A stretch of DNA of 64,000 nucleotides from Vitrella brassicaformis CCMP3155 (GCA_001179505.1 CDMY01000624.1:124001-188000), one strand, 5' to 3'. Shown: positions 48,901 to 61,721, counted from the first letter of the stretch. Translations and numbers: made by a program. Notes: generated by a model from the sequence alone, not told the origin.

Positions 48901-49129
48901 GAAACACAGACACACAAGCGTCCGTGTCTGTCTCTGTCTGTAGGTGTCGTTGGGTCTGCTGGGCTTCGAGACGCAGCTGCATTCCAGCAGCAAGTACACC
49001 CACGGCTCAGATCGGCTGAGCGTGGGTTCTGGTGGGCCTGCCTTTGAGACCAAGCTGATGACCGAGACGGTCGAGCTGAACCCACCGCGGACAGTGGAGA
49101 CTCACATGCACCCATGGCAAGGCCGCTAA
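42923..49129 (+). CDS. Large receptor-like membrane protein: signal peptide, type-I periplasmic-binding (Venus flytrap) domain, Cys-rich TNFR/GCC2-GCC3-like repeats, multi-pass TM domain and disordered tail
   Basis: The VFT-like region has ITIKLAVMFP, GITRVAMVTHD, LIEQLQEDGLQVVYD, ISAIMQSNAEVLFV and EVNVK|AWIW. The Cys-rich region has GCPPGSF, CEMCLPGY, CVICPAGT, CSRCPRAYYQ, CVCKEGYY and CKKHRTGLVCGRCKKGY. The TM region has FLIVLSFAQHIGIISSF and FRYVVGKYRHGMVWWECIWM. Confidence 0.8.
44771..44830. repeat. Intronic tandem repeat (21+21+18 bp) with an internal palindrome
   Basis: gatcgagacacgggtctccgc twice plus cgagacacgggtctccgc; each unit contains GAGAC-N4-GTCTC. Confidence 0.9.
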
Positions 49130-49649
49130 CCTCTTGCCTGCCTGCCTGCCTGCGTCTTGTTTGTGTTGGGGGTCTGGTGCGTGTGTATGGTGGGCCGGGT
49201 GGGCGGCGGTTTGCTGTGGATCGGATCGGTCAGGGCTCTCATCTTCTATGTGGACGGACCAACGCATGTTCATTTTGCTCGCTCTTCTATGTCACCCGCC
49301 CCGCCCCTTGTCAAGGTGGTCAGGGAGGGCTCTTTGATGACACGTCCGTCCATCGGTGACTTTGATTGTCTCTCGCCTTTCCTTCAATGTCAACCTAATG
49401 CACACACATGCAATGCACCCAACGCCTTGGGGCTGTACAGTACACACACCCAACACGCACACGTCCGGATCTGTCATGCGCGTCACACGTGCATCGATCT
49501 CATCTAGCACTAGGTCGGCCGGTCGGTCGGGTAGCAAACAGTTGTCAGCACTCGAGCCACCCGCTGCCTCTCGTCACACAGTGCCTGTTTCGCCAATCCA
49601 TCACACATCACTCACACACGAAAGACACAATCACACCTGGTCGGTCGTT

Positions 49650-52600
49650 TCCTACCCTTTTCCGCCGGGAGGTGTCGGGCCATTCTGTCTGGCTGCCCGT
49701 GGGCACATGTCCCGGGTTGGCCCCCAGCGGCACTACACAGCCGCCGCCCTGAGCCTCAGCCGCCCGCGGCACCACCGGGAGAGGCAGGCTGCTCACCCAA
49801 ACCGCATCAGCAGCTCGTATAGTGCTCTGCAGTAGTCGGGCCTCCAGCTGTCGCGCCATCTCTGTGAGTGCTGGAGAGGGGGGAGAGGGTGACAGCCTGG
49901 ACACATACGCAGAACACACGTGTGTGTGTGTTTGGGGGGGGGGGGATCTATGTGTGAGGACATGGGTGTGCGTACGTGTGTGCTGCAGCAAGGGTGAGGG
50001 CGGCAAAGTATGGGTGTGTGATGTGGCCGTAGCGGAGGGCCGACAGGGCGGCGGCGATGAAGCCGTCACTGCTGCCAAAAGCCGCTTGGATGAACGACAT
50101 GCCGACCGAAGAAGACCCGCTCTACAGACAGACAGACAGACAGACACAAGTGTGAGACATGAGCACTTTTCACAAGGGCCCGCACGACACTCATTTACTT
50201 ACGGTGTGTGTCATGAGCACGGCCCTTGCAGTAATTACGCACACCGCCCCACCAATGGTCTTGGCACCGCTGCCACCCTCCTCCCTCTCGCATGACGCAG
50301 CAAGGATGGCATGCTCCTGCAATATGTATCACAGACACACACAAATGGCAGGAAATGAACAGGATGGGCGTGGCGTACACACACATCGACGCCGACAGAC
50401 ACAGACACGTACGTGCTCGCCCTCGTCGATGTCGTCTGGTTCGTCGTCCTCTGTCGGGGCCGCACGCTCGACGGCAGCCCGCCACCTGACCAAGCATCAC
50501 ACCATGGGTGTCGTCAGCCGTGTGTGTGGGTGATACGATATGCCTACCCGTTTTGCGAGGTGCAAATGTGCTGCAGGGCGGAGAGGGGCCGCGTCAGGTC
50601 ATCCACACCCCAACACAGACACACCTGTGGTAATCAATGACCACAACACTGACACGACATACACCTACCTGAGCCTGACTGACTGACACCGATGCGCTAC
50701 CTACCTGCAAAATGAGCCGTGTCAGCCTGAGTGCGGCCCGCTCGTTGACGTGTGGCGCCAGCGTCCCCACCAGACCACAGGTGAAGTCCCTCTCAGGCTG
50801 ACACACACACGCAGACACACACAGACAGGCGAAGAGATCTCTTGTTTGCCATGTACTCGCTGCAGCTCCTTCCCTCCCTCCCTCCGTCCCTCCCACATAG
50901 ACGCACGCGTACCTGAGGCATGTGTGTTCCCCAGCGGGCCACCGTCACTTCCAGCACACGCATCACTCCCACCAAGTGGCTCATGCCCCTGCACACACAC
51001 ACCACAGACACCCACACAGACAGACAGACAGACAGACAGAGAGAGAGACACACAAAGGGTCGGTACAACCAACACGTTCACACACAGACGACGTACCCGG
51101 CGCACAAGGGGCCCGTGCACCAGATGAGCTGCAGCCACCTGCCGTCCTGCTGGTGCCCCTCTGCAATGTCAGGCATCGCCCGCAACGCCGTCTCCCACAG
51201 TGCAAAGCTCTCGTTGCACAGCGAGTGCGCAGAAGACCCTTAAGAAGATACCACACACAGCCGCAGAACACGGTGCCGACACACCCTCGCCACCCACCCC
51301 TCCACCGACTCACCATTCAGCGCAGCCGCAAGCAGCTGAGTGACCACAGGCGAGAGCGTGACAGCCGCCATGGCGCTGCCGCACTGCACGGTGTTTGTCA
51401 GCAGGTCCATCAGAGCCGTGGCAATCGACGGGTGGTCGAAGCCCCCACCCGGCTCGCTGCTGAGGCTCCCACAGCTGCCCTGCCGATCCACATTGGCGGT
51501 GGAGATGGACGCACCAGGGTCGTCCTGCTGATGCTGCTGGTGGATGGCCTGTACCACCCGGTTTGTGACCCACTCGACGGCGGACCTGCTGGACGGATCG
51601 GTTAGGAACAGATGGAGCTGACACGGAGAGGGAGAGAGGGAGACGTGTAAGGTGTTGTGTGTGTTGTGTGCTGTGTACCAGTTGTGGGATTCTGAGGATG
51701 TATTGCAGCGCAGCGACAGACCGGCTGAGCAGCATGGGGGAGCGGAAATGGGGCACCCCTGCCGCACACACAACACACATGGACGCAGATCGATTGACAG
51801 CCATTTTGCCATGGGTACCGCTTCCCCACCTGCATTGATTACACGCAGCAGTGCCACCCACACGTGGACAGGAGCCAGCGAATACACATCCCCTCTGAAC
51901 TCTGCCAGATCTGATCAAACACACACACACATACACACACGCACGCGTGGCACCCAGACCAGCCACCGAGCCCTCCACTCACTCACAAGTGCACAGGAAC
52001 TCCAGCACAGCGGCGAAAGGCAGCAGCCACAGGGGTCGGGCCTTGTTGCTCTTGTTAGGGGGCCCGACGCCCGTGGCACGGGCAGCATCCCCCCCACGTC
52101 CATATCCACCACCACAGATGTTGGGCAGGCACTGCACGACTCGCGAGAGGACGGCTGGCGGGAGGGAGGCGCGCATGTTGCTCACGAGGTGGATGGTGCG
52201 GTACTGCAGCACAGCCACACTGACACCCCGACACACACACAGACACACACACACAGACACACACACACACACAGGACCTCTGCACGATGGATGGATGGAT
52301 GGATGGAGGCTGCTACACACCGTGGGTGTGTGTTTGGGTCGATGTGCATGAGGCTCGTCACATGCCGCTCGGCCCAGCTCTCCACGTCAGGCAGGCAGAA
52401 GCCACTCCCTGAACACAAGACACAACACAACACAGCACAGCAGCGATAAGGCATGTGCGTGTGGGTTGGTGGGCTGGGGGCGGTGGGTGGCTGACCGACA
52501 GAGAAGGCCACACGCGAGACGGCATGAGTGAGGGCCTCCTGGCTGGCGAGCCGCTCATCGCTCTCACACACAGATATCCCCGGCTCTGGAATGACGCAAC

Positions 52601-53810
52601 AGGCCACGTTTCAGAGGGGGGGGGGGGGGGGGGNNNNNNNNNNNNNNNNNNNNNNNNNNNNNNNNNNNNNNNNNNNNNNNNNNNNNNNNNNNNNNNNNNN
52701 NNNNNNNNNNNNNNNNNNNNNNNNNNNNNNNNNNNNNNNNNNNNNNNNNNNNNNNNNNNNNNNNNNNNNNNNNNNNNNNNNNNNNNNNNNNNNNNNNNNN
52801 NNNNNNNNNNNNNNNNNNNNNNNNNNNNNNNNNNNNNNNNNNNNNNNNNNNNNNNNNNNNNNNNNNNNNNNNNNNNNNNNNNNNNNNNNNNNNNNNNNNN
52901 NNNNNNNNNNNNNNNNNNNNNNNNNNNNNNNNNGGGGGGGGGGGGGGAGCTTCATGTCTATTTGTGTCTTCCTCTGTCCGCTCACGCGTGTGCAGCTTGC
53001 TGTACTCGTTTGCGAAGAACTGGGCACATGCCTGTGTGCTGTATGCCCCGATGGTGGACAGCAGGGTCTCGGCCTGCGTCTGTCTGCCGCCGACACACAT
53101 ACACACACACACAGTGTCGCCGACTTGGCACACACACATGAGGGCGTGTGTCCTGTCTCTCCGGTTGCACATCTGGTGAGTCGTCAAGTGGCGCGTCGTC
53201 TGCATCGATCCAGCCCTCTATGTCGTCCACCAGCTCACACACCTGTCCGTCGGACAGGCAGAAGACCGAGTAGGTGCAGAAGGCCATCAGCGACGCGGCA
53301 TGGTCGGCGAAGAAAGCTGCACAGCCCTGCTGGAACTGATGGAGGGCAGACACACCACCGGCTGCATAGCAACCAACGCACAGACAGGTGCACGAGTGAG
53401 TATCTTCTGACATCCATCCATCCCTCCAGCCATCCATCTAAGCTCCCGTACATGTGGCCAGGTACTGCTGTGCGTCATGGCCGATGTGCGCGGCATGGTC
53501 GGTCTCCATTGCGGGCGAGCTCAGCACCTCAGTGAAGAACCGAATGCTCAAACACCGCCACGGACGAAACGCGCTGCGGCACATCTTCACACCACCCACA
53601 CTCGCATGCCCCCACCACATGGCCATGCGTAAGAAGGGCTCACCGTAGCGTTGATGTGCAGCAGTGGCGTGATGCGCGTCGCAAGGGCGACAGGGCTTGT
53701 CACGAGGATGGCCAACACTGCCCGGCAGACGCTCTTGAACAGAGGCGCTAGAGCGCTATTGGGAGTCGGCACACGCATGCTCTCGTGACCGACTGACACA
53801 CACGCACACA

Positions 53811-53848
<38 letters not shown>

Positions 53849-54299
53849 AACTGACATAATGGTGTCGATGTATGTGTGTGCGTGTGTGGCGTTGGACGGA
53901 CCGATCACGTCGAGAGCAGCGTGCAGGTCCTGCGCGAACTGCACCACCAGCTGGAATGCCGCCGGGTCGAATAAGGCCGTGAATGAGGAGCCCTCCTCCA
54001 CACCCAACACCACATGCTTCAGACACTGACACACCACACACGCACACGCACATGGCCACATCGTTCGTAGTGCGGTATTGGTCCCTCTCTCTGTCCACCA
54101 ATCAACCACCTTTGTGGCCAGGCGTGCCACGAGCAGCACGTCATTCGGCAGCTGCTGCCCGCCGCCTTGCTGCATCGTCTTGCTGATCGCGTCCATCGCC
54201 TCTCGCCACAGCCGCACCAACGGCTCGGCAACCGCCATACACAGCTGATTCCACACAGCACACACACAAACAGAAAGAGGGAGAGAGGGAGAGAGAGAG

Positions 54300-54338
<39 letters not shown>

Positions 54339-55152
54339 GAGAGATCCACACCCACATGCCCACCATCTGACCCTCCTGGTGTGTACCTTCAAGAAGTGCC
54401 GTTTGTCCTCTACCGCAGCCACATGGTCGAGCAGCCGCGCAAGAATGCCCTTGACGCACCGCAGGGCGGCTATCACCGCTGCCGTGCCGTGTGCCCGCGA
54501 TTCGTCCAGCAACTGCACGATGCGGTGCGGCAGATAAGGCCACCGGTCCGGCCAATCGTACACGGCTGATGGATGGACACGACAGACAAATGAAATAAAT
54601 GGTCCATCCACCATACCATTGGTGCGCTCCTTGTCACGTACCAATCTCAGCGAGAATGGCCTCAACCTGAGCCGATACCTGCACACACACACACATCAGC
54701 AAACACAACTTCCCGGCCATGTGCGTGTGTCATTCATTCGCTCAGCGCATAGCATAGCATAGCATCGCACAGCTCACCCTCTCGTCCCTTTCGCACACGA
54801 TCAGCCGAAGCAGCCGCTCCCTCAACTCACCCTCAACCAGCACCACCCCCTCAGCCTTGTCGCTGCACCGCCACCTCTGCTTGACGTGCTGCTTCATCAA
54901 CACACAGGCCATCTGACGCACCGGGCCAATGGCATGCTGCTGGTGGCTGCCGTCTGCCGCAGATGCCGATATGATGTGCTCCAGGGCGCACGGGTAGAGG
55001 GGATGGAAAGCCACCTCGTTGGTGAGTTGGTCCTCTGCTTTCTTGGCGGTGCTGTGGTTTGTGGCGCTGAGGAGGCTGTGGATGGCCTCCAGACACTGCT
55101 GCAGGAGAGGGGACAGCTGCTCGGGCGACGGCCAGGCGGAAGGCGCTGTCAT
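49650..55152 (-). CDS. Importin-beta/karyopherin family protein (IPO11/IPO9-like); many exons, 3' end approximate
   Basis: The IBN_N-like start reads LQQCLEAIHSLLS...KAEDQL...VRQMACVLMKQHVKQRW. It is followed by EIAVYDWPDRWP, HEAT-like exons and ELVDDIEGWIDADD. Confidence 0.8.
52634..52933. other. Scaffold gap (300 N) inside a poly-G run within the importin gene
   Basis: N run flanked by G homopolymers. Confidence 0.95.
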
Positions 55153-55396
55153 TTCGCCAGCAGACAGCCACTCACTCACCAACACACAAGCCCGGGCCCA
55201 CCAGGATGAATCGACTCATCGAACCACGACGTCACTCATCGTCTGCTCCTTTGTATCAGTCTCCGCCAACACAAAACGCTCCCAGAGGAGACCTGCGAGC
55301 TGGGCTTGCAGGCAAGCTCGCAACCGGGAGGGAAGGGAAGAAAAGAACAGGGGCAGATCTCTCGTCTATAGCCCCCTGCAACAGATTGCAGCAAAG

Positions 55397-56578
55397 ATGT
55401 GGCTCCTTCTTTCATCATCAGCCCTGTTGCTGCTCCACGCCCTTCCATCGGCGGTGTCATTCTACTCGCCCACGCTGCCGCCGCTGCCCGCGTCATCGGT
55501 CCGGCGGCTCCGCGCCGGCACTCGCCACGTGCGGGCGTCGCTATTCATGCCGAGTGCGTGGCAGAGAGATGTGGCCAGCAAGCTGAGGATGGTGGCGCCG
55601 AGGGAGGGAGTGGACTTTCCGCCACTGAATGGGAGCGACGTCAAGATCGGCATCATCAAGACACGGTGGAACAAAGACATTGTGGATAACCTTGTCAAGG
55701 TGCATGACCAGTGAGATCACCATCACTCATGAGTGAATGAGTGATTCTCTCTCTGTCTGTGTTGTGGTGTGTTGTGGTGTGTTTTGTGCAGGGTGTGAAG
55801 GAGGGCTTGACTGAGTGCTCTGTGCCTGCGGAGAACATTCTGGAAATAGAAGTGCCTGGTGGGTGCCTTACTGACTCAAAGCGGCGCGTGGATGGCTTCT
55901 TCATTCATTCGTTGATTCATGTGTGTGTGTCAGGTTCCTATGAGCTGCCTCTCGCGACGCGTTTCCTGGCTTTGTCCAACCAGGTGGACGCCATCGTGTC
56001 GATTGGTGTGCTGATCAAGGGCGACACACTGCACTTTGAGTACATCGCCGAGAGCGTCTCAAACGGACTCATGAACGTGCGAAACACACTGATGCAGAGA
56101 TGGCCACAGACACGACACGCGCAGAAGTTTTCTCTCTCCCTCTCTCTGTGGGTGTGCGGGCCCTTGTACAGGTGCAGCTACAGACGATGACGCCAACGGT
56201 GTTCGGCGTGCTGACGTGCCTCAACCTCAACCAGGCCAAGGAGCGATCATCAGGCCCCGACAACCACGGCATTTCATGGTCAGTCAGCCATGAGTGACGT
56301 CTGACCACACCCACGCTCTCACTGGCACCTGCCTGGATGCATTGCTTGCTTGCAGGGGCAAGACGGCGGTTGAGATGAGTGTGTTGAGGCGGTATGCTCT
56401 TGGGCGATACAGGAAGGGCTCCCTGGGCTTTGTCCCGACCGAGGAGAGCCCAGAAGGGGAGCCAAACAACCTGCCGGCCACCCCATGGCCCACGCCTGAC
56501 AAGAAGCGGATATTCTTTCATTTCGATGACTTTAGGCAGCAGGGCGGGTCGGGGGATGCATCGACAGAGATGAGATGA
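55397..56578 (+). CDS. ribH: 6,7-dimethyl-8-ribityllumazine synthase with a bipartite plastid-targeting leader (5 exons)
   Basis: [18 protein letters not shown]|[42 protein letters not shown]|GKTAVEM. The leader is [22 protein letters not shown] followed by a Ser/Pro/Arg-rich transit peptide. Confidence 0.95.
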
Positions 56579-56965
56579 AGAAGGTGGTGGGAGAGGGAGG
56601 GAGGGGAGGGGGTTGTCTTTGTGCGCGAAAGGCGTGTGTGGATTGGCTGGCGTGGAGTGATCGTCTGGTAAATGGAGGGGCAAAGTGAGTGGGCCCGCGA
56701 TGAATGAGTGACTGACTGACGGCTCTTTTGAGGAGAGAGCACACCGTGACCTCGCTCACCGAGAATGTGTTCTGACTGAACGCAGTAGAGAATTGTCCAA
56801 CAAATGCGACGAGAATGGAGACAATTACACCCTGCAAACCCTAGTTTTTGCGTTTTTTTCTCTCTTTTCAAGAAAGAGCTCGTTTCCCTCGAAGAAAGAG
56901 ACCGCAGGGCGCGCCACCACCCGCAACTAAAGTTGCACAGCGAGCAGTGAGGGCATTGCTATTGC

Positions 56966-57972
56966 ATGGAGGGCGGCACTCCGATGGGGACGTCGACGCC
57001 GCAGCAGTCAGTTGCAGCAGCTGCAGGAGGGCGGCCCGGCAACCCCGTATGAAACGCCGCCACCCAATCGACAGCCTTATCAGCACATCAGGGTGCCATC
57101 AGGAGGTGAGTGAGGAGGAGCTCGTGGGAGCGGAGGGAGGGATGGGTGGGTGGACTGACATATGTGGTGATGCCATGCGTGTGCGGATGTTTGTACTTGC
57201 AGTCAGCTCGTCGTGGATGGCTCGGACAGCTCGGGGACCTTCACGTTGCCGAGGAGGATGCAGAGGGGGACGCAGAGGACGTCGCAGAGGGGAATGGGGA
57301 TGGGACTTGGGCTGGTTCATGAGCCGTCGCCCCAGCCGCCGTTCGGTCCGCCCAACGCGCGCGCGGAGGCACCACCGCACATCACCGCAGGTGCGCACAT
57401 ATGCGCGATTGCGTGTGTGACCTAGGCATGATGTGATGAGTGTGTGTTCTTTGTGCGTTGCATGCATTCGTGCAGAGGACCGCGCCATGTTCAGCGCCAT
57501 GGACAGTGTGTGTGGGCAGAACCCCGGCATGCCGGACCACGACAGAAGCGGCGAGTACATCCACCTCACCGGTGACCACGGCCGGGAGGTCGCATTCTGG
57601 TTCCAGGAGCATCGCCCCCGGAACGACTGCTACGACCTCTCCTGCGGCTTTAAGGCGCTCAACATGGCCCTGGGGTCGCTCACCCTCCCCAACCACCTCT
57701 TCAGGAAGAGGCGCTTCAACATGCCCCCCATCCCATTGGCGGAGCACATGCAAGGCCCGGTAGGTGCCGTGCTGCAAGTGAGGCAGGCAGGCAGGCAGGC
57801 CACAACAAACAGATCCATGCACATTAATGCCATGGACGTGCTAGCCTGGAAGTCGGCGTATGCGTTGGTGTAGTCGGCCAGCTCACGCACTGACACCTGA
57901 CGGACACACCATCACACAGATGATCAGACATCCTGTCCAACGAGAGAAACATCACAATCATCGCAGAGGCAG

Positions 57973-58006
<34 letters not shown>

Positions 58007-58766
58007 TATTTATGTATTCAGGCGAGAGCCTGCGGTTCAGGTCATGGCGAATCGGCCCGACTTTCCTGTCGGTCAGCTGTTCGCAAATTCTCGGCGGTGG
58101 GGTGGGTGTTCAAGAGCGCGTCCGATTAGGATCCGGGTCCTGGGTAAGTGTCCACACACGTGACACACATCATGCAGAGGCGGGGCGCGACGAGAAGCCC
58201 CTCGGTGACGCCTTCGAGCTCGTCAAACGGCGCAAGAAGCGCAGAGTCGCCGGTGCACAGACCAAGTAAGAAGGGAAGAAGGGACTCCGTAGAGTGGACA
58301 CATGGATGCATGCATTCGTGTGTGTGTGTATGTGTGTCTTGCAGCAGCACTCTCGGACCTTATTGGACCGACCCCATCCAGATAGAGCCGGGCCTGCAGG
58401 AACGGGATGTTGAGGTGGAGGTAGCAGCTCGGATGGCCAATGGATGGCCGATGGCTGGCTGGATGGCTGGAGGGGAGAAAGAGGGAGAGATAGGCACTCT
58501 GTCTGCCTGCATTGCCGTACTGGTTGGTCGCGCCGTCCTGTACACGCCTCGGTCCCGGGCAGTCTAGGCACCTTTTTCCCTTTCTGATGGACATGGGCTG
58601 GGCGCACACACACGGACACACGGTGGGTGGGTACTTACTGGTCAGTCAGGAGGGCGAGATAGAAAGGCGCTGCACACACACCACCCCCTCAGAAGGAGAC
58701 AGCATCGTTGCTTACGTTTTATATCAGGGTGTCTCGTCATTCAACAATTTCCGACAGACTTATTAA
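56966..58766 (+). CDS. Hypothetical multi-exon protein with a possible papain-like Cys motif
   Basis: Spliced exons include SQLVVDGSDSSG...ITA|EDRAMFSAMD...WFQEHRPRNDCYDLSCGFKALNMALG..., ...KRRKKRRVAGAQT|NSTLGPYWTDP... and a final GDSIVAYVLYQG...RQTY. Several internal boundaries are uncertain. Confidence 0.55.
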
Positions 58767-59271
58767 GTGTACTCCGTGTGCGGCCAAGCTCTCTGTGCCA
58801 TATGCGCAGCAGACACGCAAGCCAAGCTTTCTTCAACGTGAAACGGACTTTGATGCTGCGACCCCATCGATGGGATGACTGCCTTCTGCCCCTTCAGACA
58901 TACAGAACCCCCCATTCAGACAGGTATGAGTGACGTTCATGCGACACATACATCATGTGTGTGTGTGTGTGGCTGCCGTGTGCGTCCATCCGTCCATTGA
59001 ATGACACACTCCAAAGTCCACAACACATGCACGTACACACAGACAGACAGACAGACAGCACGGCGGGTGCCATCACAGCACGACAAGGCCATCCATCGAC
59101 CACGTGACCCAATAGAGTCGTCGTGGGTCGTTTAGCAAGCTATTCCATATCAAGACCACGTGGACGCAGTGACAAACTCTGTACAATTCAGTCACTGCCG
59201 TCCGTGGCCGGGCGACTGGCCAGTCAGTGTTGTCCCTCTCCCTCCCTCCCTCCCTCCCTCCCTCCCCGCCT

Positions 59272-61721
59272 CTACGCCAGTCGGTCTATGGCGGCCTTCT
59301 TGGTCATCTCGACAATGAATGTGGGCGACTGGTCGCCGTCCGGGTCGCCCTCGGGAATGGGCAGCTGCACGTCGTAATACTGCCCGCACCGCCGCACACA
59401 CTGCATGAGCTCCATGGCCGCCCCCCGGGCGGTCTGCGCTGGTTGAGTAGGTGAGACCCACAGCATGATTGTGGCCATGTCGGGCATGAGCAGGAGGGCC
59501 AGCTTGAAGAGCGACCACATGCTGGCTGCCGAGACTATTCCATCGATCTGGGTGATGGACAGCTCCTTGACGGGCGGTGCGAGGGGCGGGGCGAGCACCA
59601 AAGGGGGCAGCTCCACTGGCACACGCTGGCAGTAGACTCCCAACTTCTCCAGCTTCTCGGTGCGATCCTGTCAAATAAACAGATGAATAAGGACGCAGAT
59701 TGACGGATTGATGGGCATTCATTCACAGATGGAGCTAAGCTGACTGACCTTGAGGTACAAGAGGCAGTTGGCGGTGGTCGATCGGCCCATGTAGTTAAGC
59801 CACAGCCGCTGGAAGGACGGCAGGGCGTTCGTCATGATGCGGCTGAGAGGGTTGGGCGGCGCGGTAATGACGCTGTCGCCGCCCGTCGATCGGCCGATGC
59901 GCTCGAGAGTGAGGTCCTCGACGTTGGGGTAGCGCTCTGGCTCATTGATGAGGAAGTTGGGGATGGTGCTGAAGTCGTTATCATGCACGTCGAGCAACTC
60001 GTCGTTGCTCCGGCTGAAGGATATCGTTAGCTCCGACGCCCCACTGAACGGCGGTAGGAAGCTCCATCGCTGACAAATGCACCAAAGATACATATCCAAG
60101 TTGTGGGTGCATTGATGCGCGTGCTTGTTTGTGTGTCTGTGGCTGACCTCAGGCAGCCGGACACCCCCATAGATGATCTCCACTGATCGACGAAGGCACA
60201 CAGAAAGTCACATGAGTCATGCACATCTGCCGGGGCAGGTGGCTCTCATATGGCACCATATTTTGACACTGCGGCGAGTTCCTCGGCCATTCTGCGGACG
60301 ACCGGGTGGAGAGGCGGCGGATGGACGACATTGTTTTCGACACTCACGCAATCCAGTTTCATGCTGACAGGGGACACAGAAGGCATCCAACTCAGTGTCG
60401 ATAGGCGCATGAAGGGCTGTGGTGTGGAGTGGAATGTCTGTGCCACACACATGCTCCAGTTGCTGTACGTGACCTCGCAGCCGATGGTCTCCAGCTGCTC
60501 GATGAACCCGACAGCTGCACACACCACATGACCCCCACAGATGTCTCGTCGCAGCCCCACTGTGGCTGCTCTCCTCACCGCTCAGTCCGTGAGGTCCAGC
60601 AGTGCTGGTCATCCGGCCCGTCAGCCGCTCATCGACGCATAGCTTGCACCACAGTGTCGCCCTTTTCTTCTTGGTGTCGTTCCTGCGGCCCCACAGCTGC
60701 CGAAGCACATCCAGGAACGGCTGCAGCGCGTCGAAGGGTGCGTCGGGGTGCGACAGGTTGTCGTGAATGCAGAACCAGTCGAGCATGGTCAGGTGGGTCA
60801 TGCTCACGAGGAGGGGAAAGGAATGCGGCAGCCGACGGGGGTCTGACACACCCAGGCAGGCTGGTTGGTGTGTCTGGGTGGGTGTCACCTTACAAGGTGT
60901 GAATGGGTAGATGCAGAGTCGCTGCAGCTTCTTGGACGTGCTGAGGAAGTGGGCCAACGGCTGGTCGACGAACGACTCGGTGATGCGGTCATCATCGTAT
61001 CTGTCGTTCTCACAGTCCATGCCGCAGAACATGTCGCCCTCCAGCTCAATCAGCTCGGGCCTGCACATACACTCATACAAACACGGGCGCATAGCTACGT
61101 CCCCCTGGCTGTCGTGTGTCATCGATGGCTTACGTACCATTCGAAGCCCTCGGTAACCATGCGCACAAAGTACCGCAGGCTGTCCACATGCAGCTTCCAG
61201 ACGTGAGGGAACACGATGCGGTCGGCGGGGGGGGGAGGCGTTACAGCAGGGGGGCTGCCGGGCACCTGCCCGTCAGCAGGGAACTTCTCGCTCTCCATGC
61301 CGTCGAGTGTGGTGATGACGAGCTTCTGCAGCACGGCGGGCGAGCGGCGGATGGCGGCGATGACCATCTCATTAACGGGCCACTTGGGATCCATCTTGAC
61401 CACGATGCTCTGGTGGTGGGTGCGCTCAAGCCGGCTCGTGACGTGGGCTGGCAGGTTCCAGAAGACCTCCTTGTCGATGTGCAGGTGGCTGTAGAGGGAT
61501 GATGCTCCGCCGGCCCGTCCGGTGTGGGGCTTCATGATGCTCGATGATGGCTCGCCGGTGACGCATGTGCAGAAGTGCCGGGAGACCTCTGAGATCTGCT
61601 TGGTGCCGTACGTCGTGCTGAAGAATGAGCCGGCGTAGGACAGCACCTCGTTGGGCATCGAGCGGAAGCCGGTGAACGGCACCTGAATGAACGAGCCAGG
61701 GGACAAGGATGATTCATTCAT
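59272..61721 (-). CDS. Lineage-specific F-box-like/LRR-like protein
   Basis: N-terminal FRSMPNEVLSYAGSFFSTTYGTKQISEVSRHF. LRR-like strands are VLQKLVIT, FPHVWKLHV, KKLQRLCI, YPNVEDLTL, LPSFQRLWL and EKLEKLGV. The stop is at 59272. Confidence 0.7.

Noticed and set aside
58223-58621. Protein-like minus-strand ORF (GHPSCYLHLNIPFLQARLYL)
   Set aside because: The + strand donor aa|gtaag and acceptor ttgcag fit this region as exons of the 56966-58766 gene.
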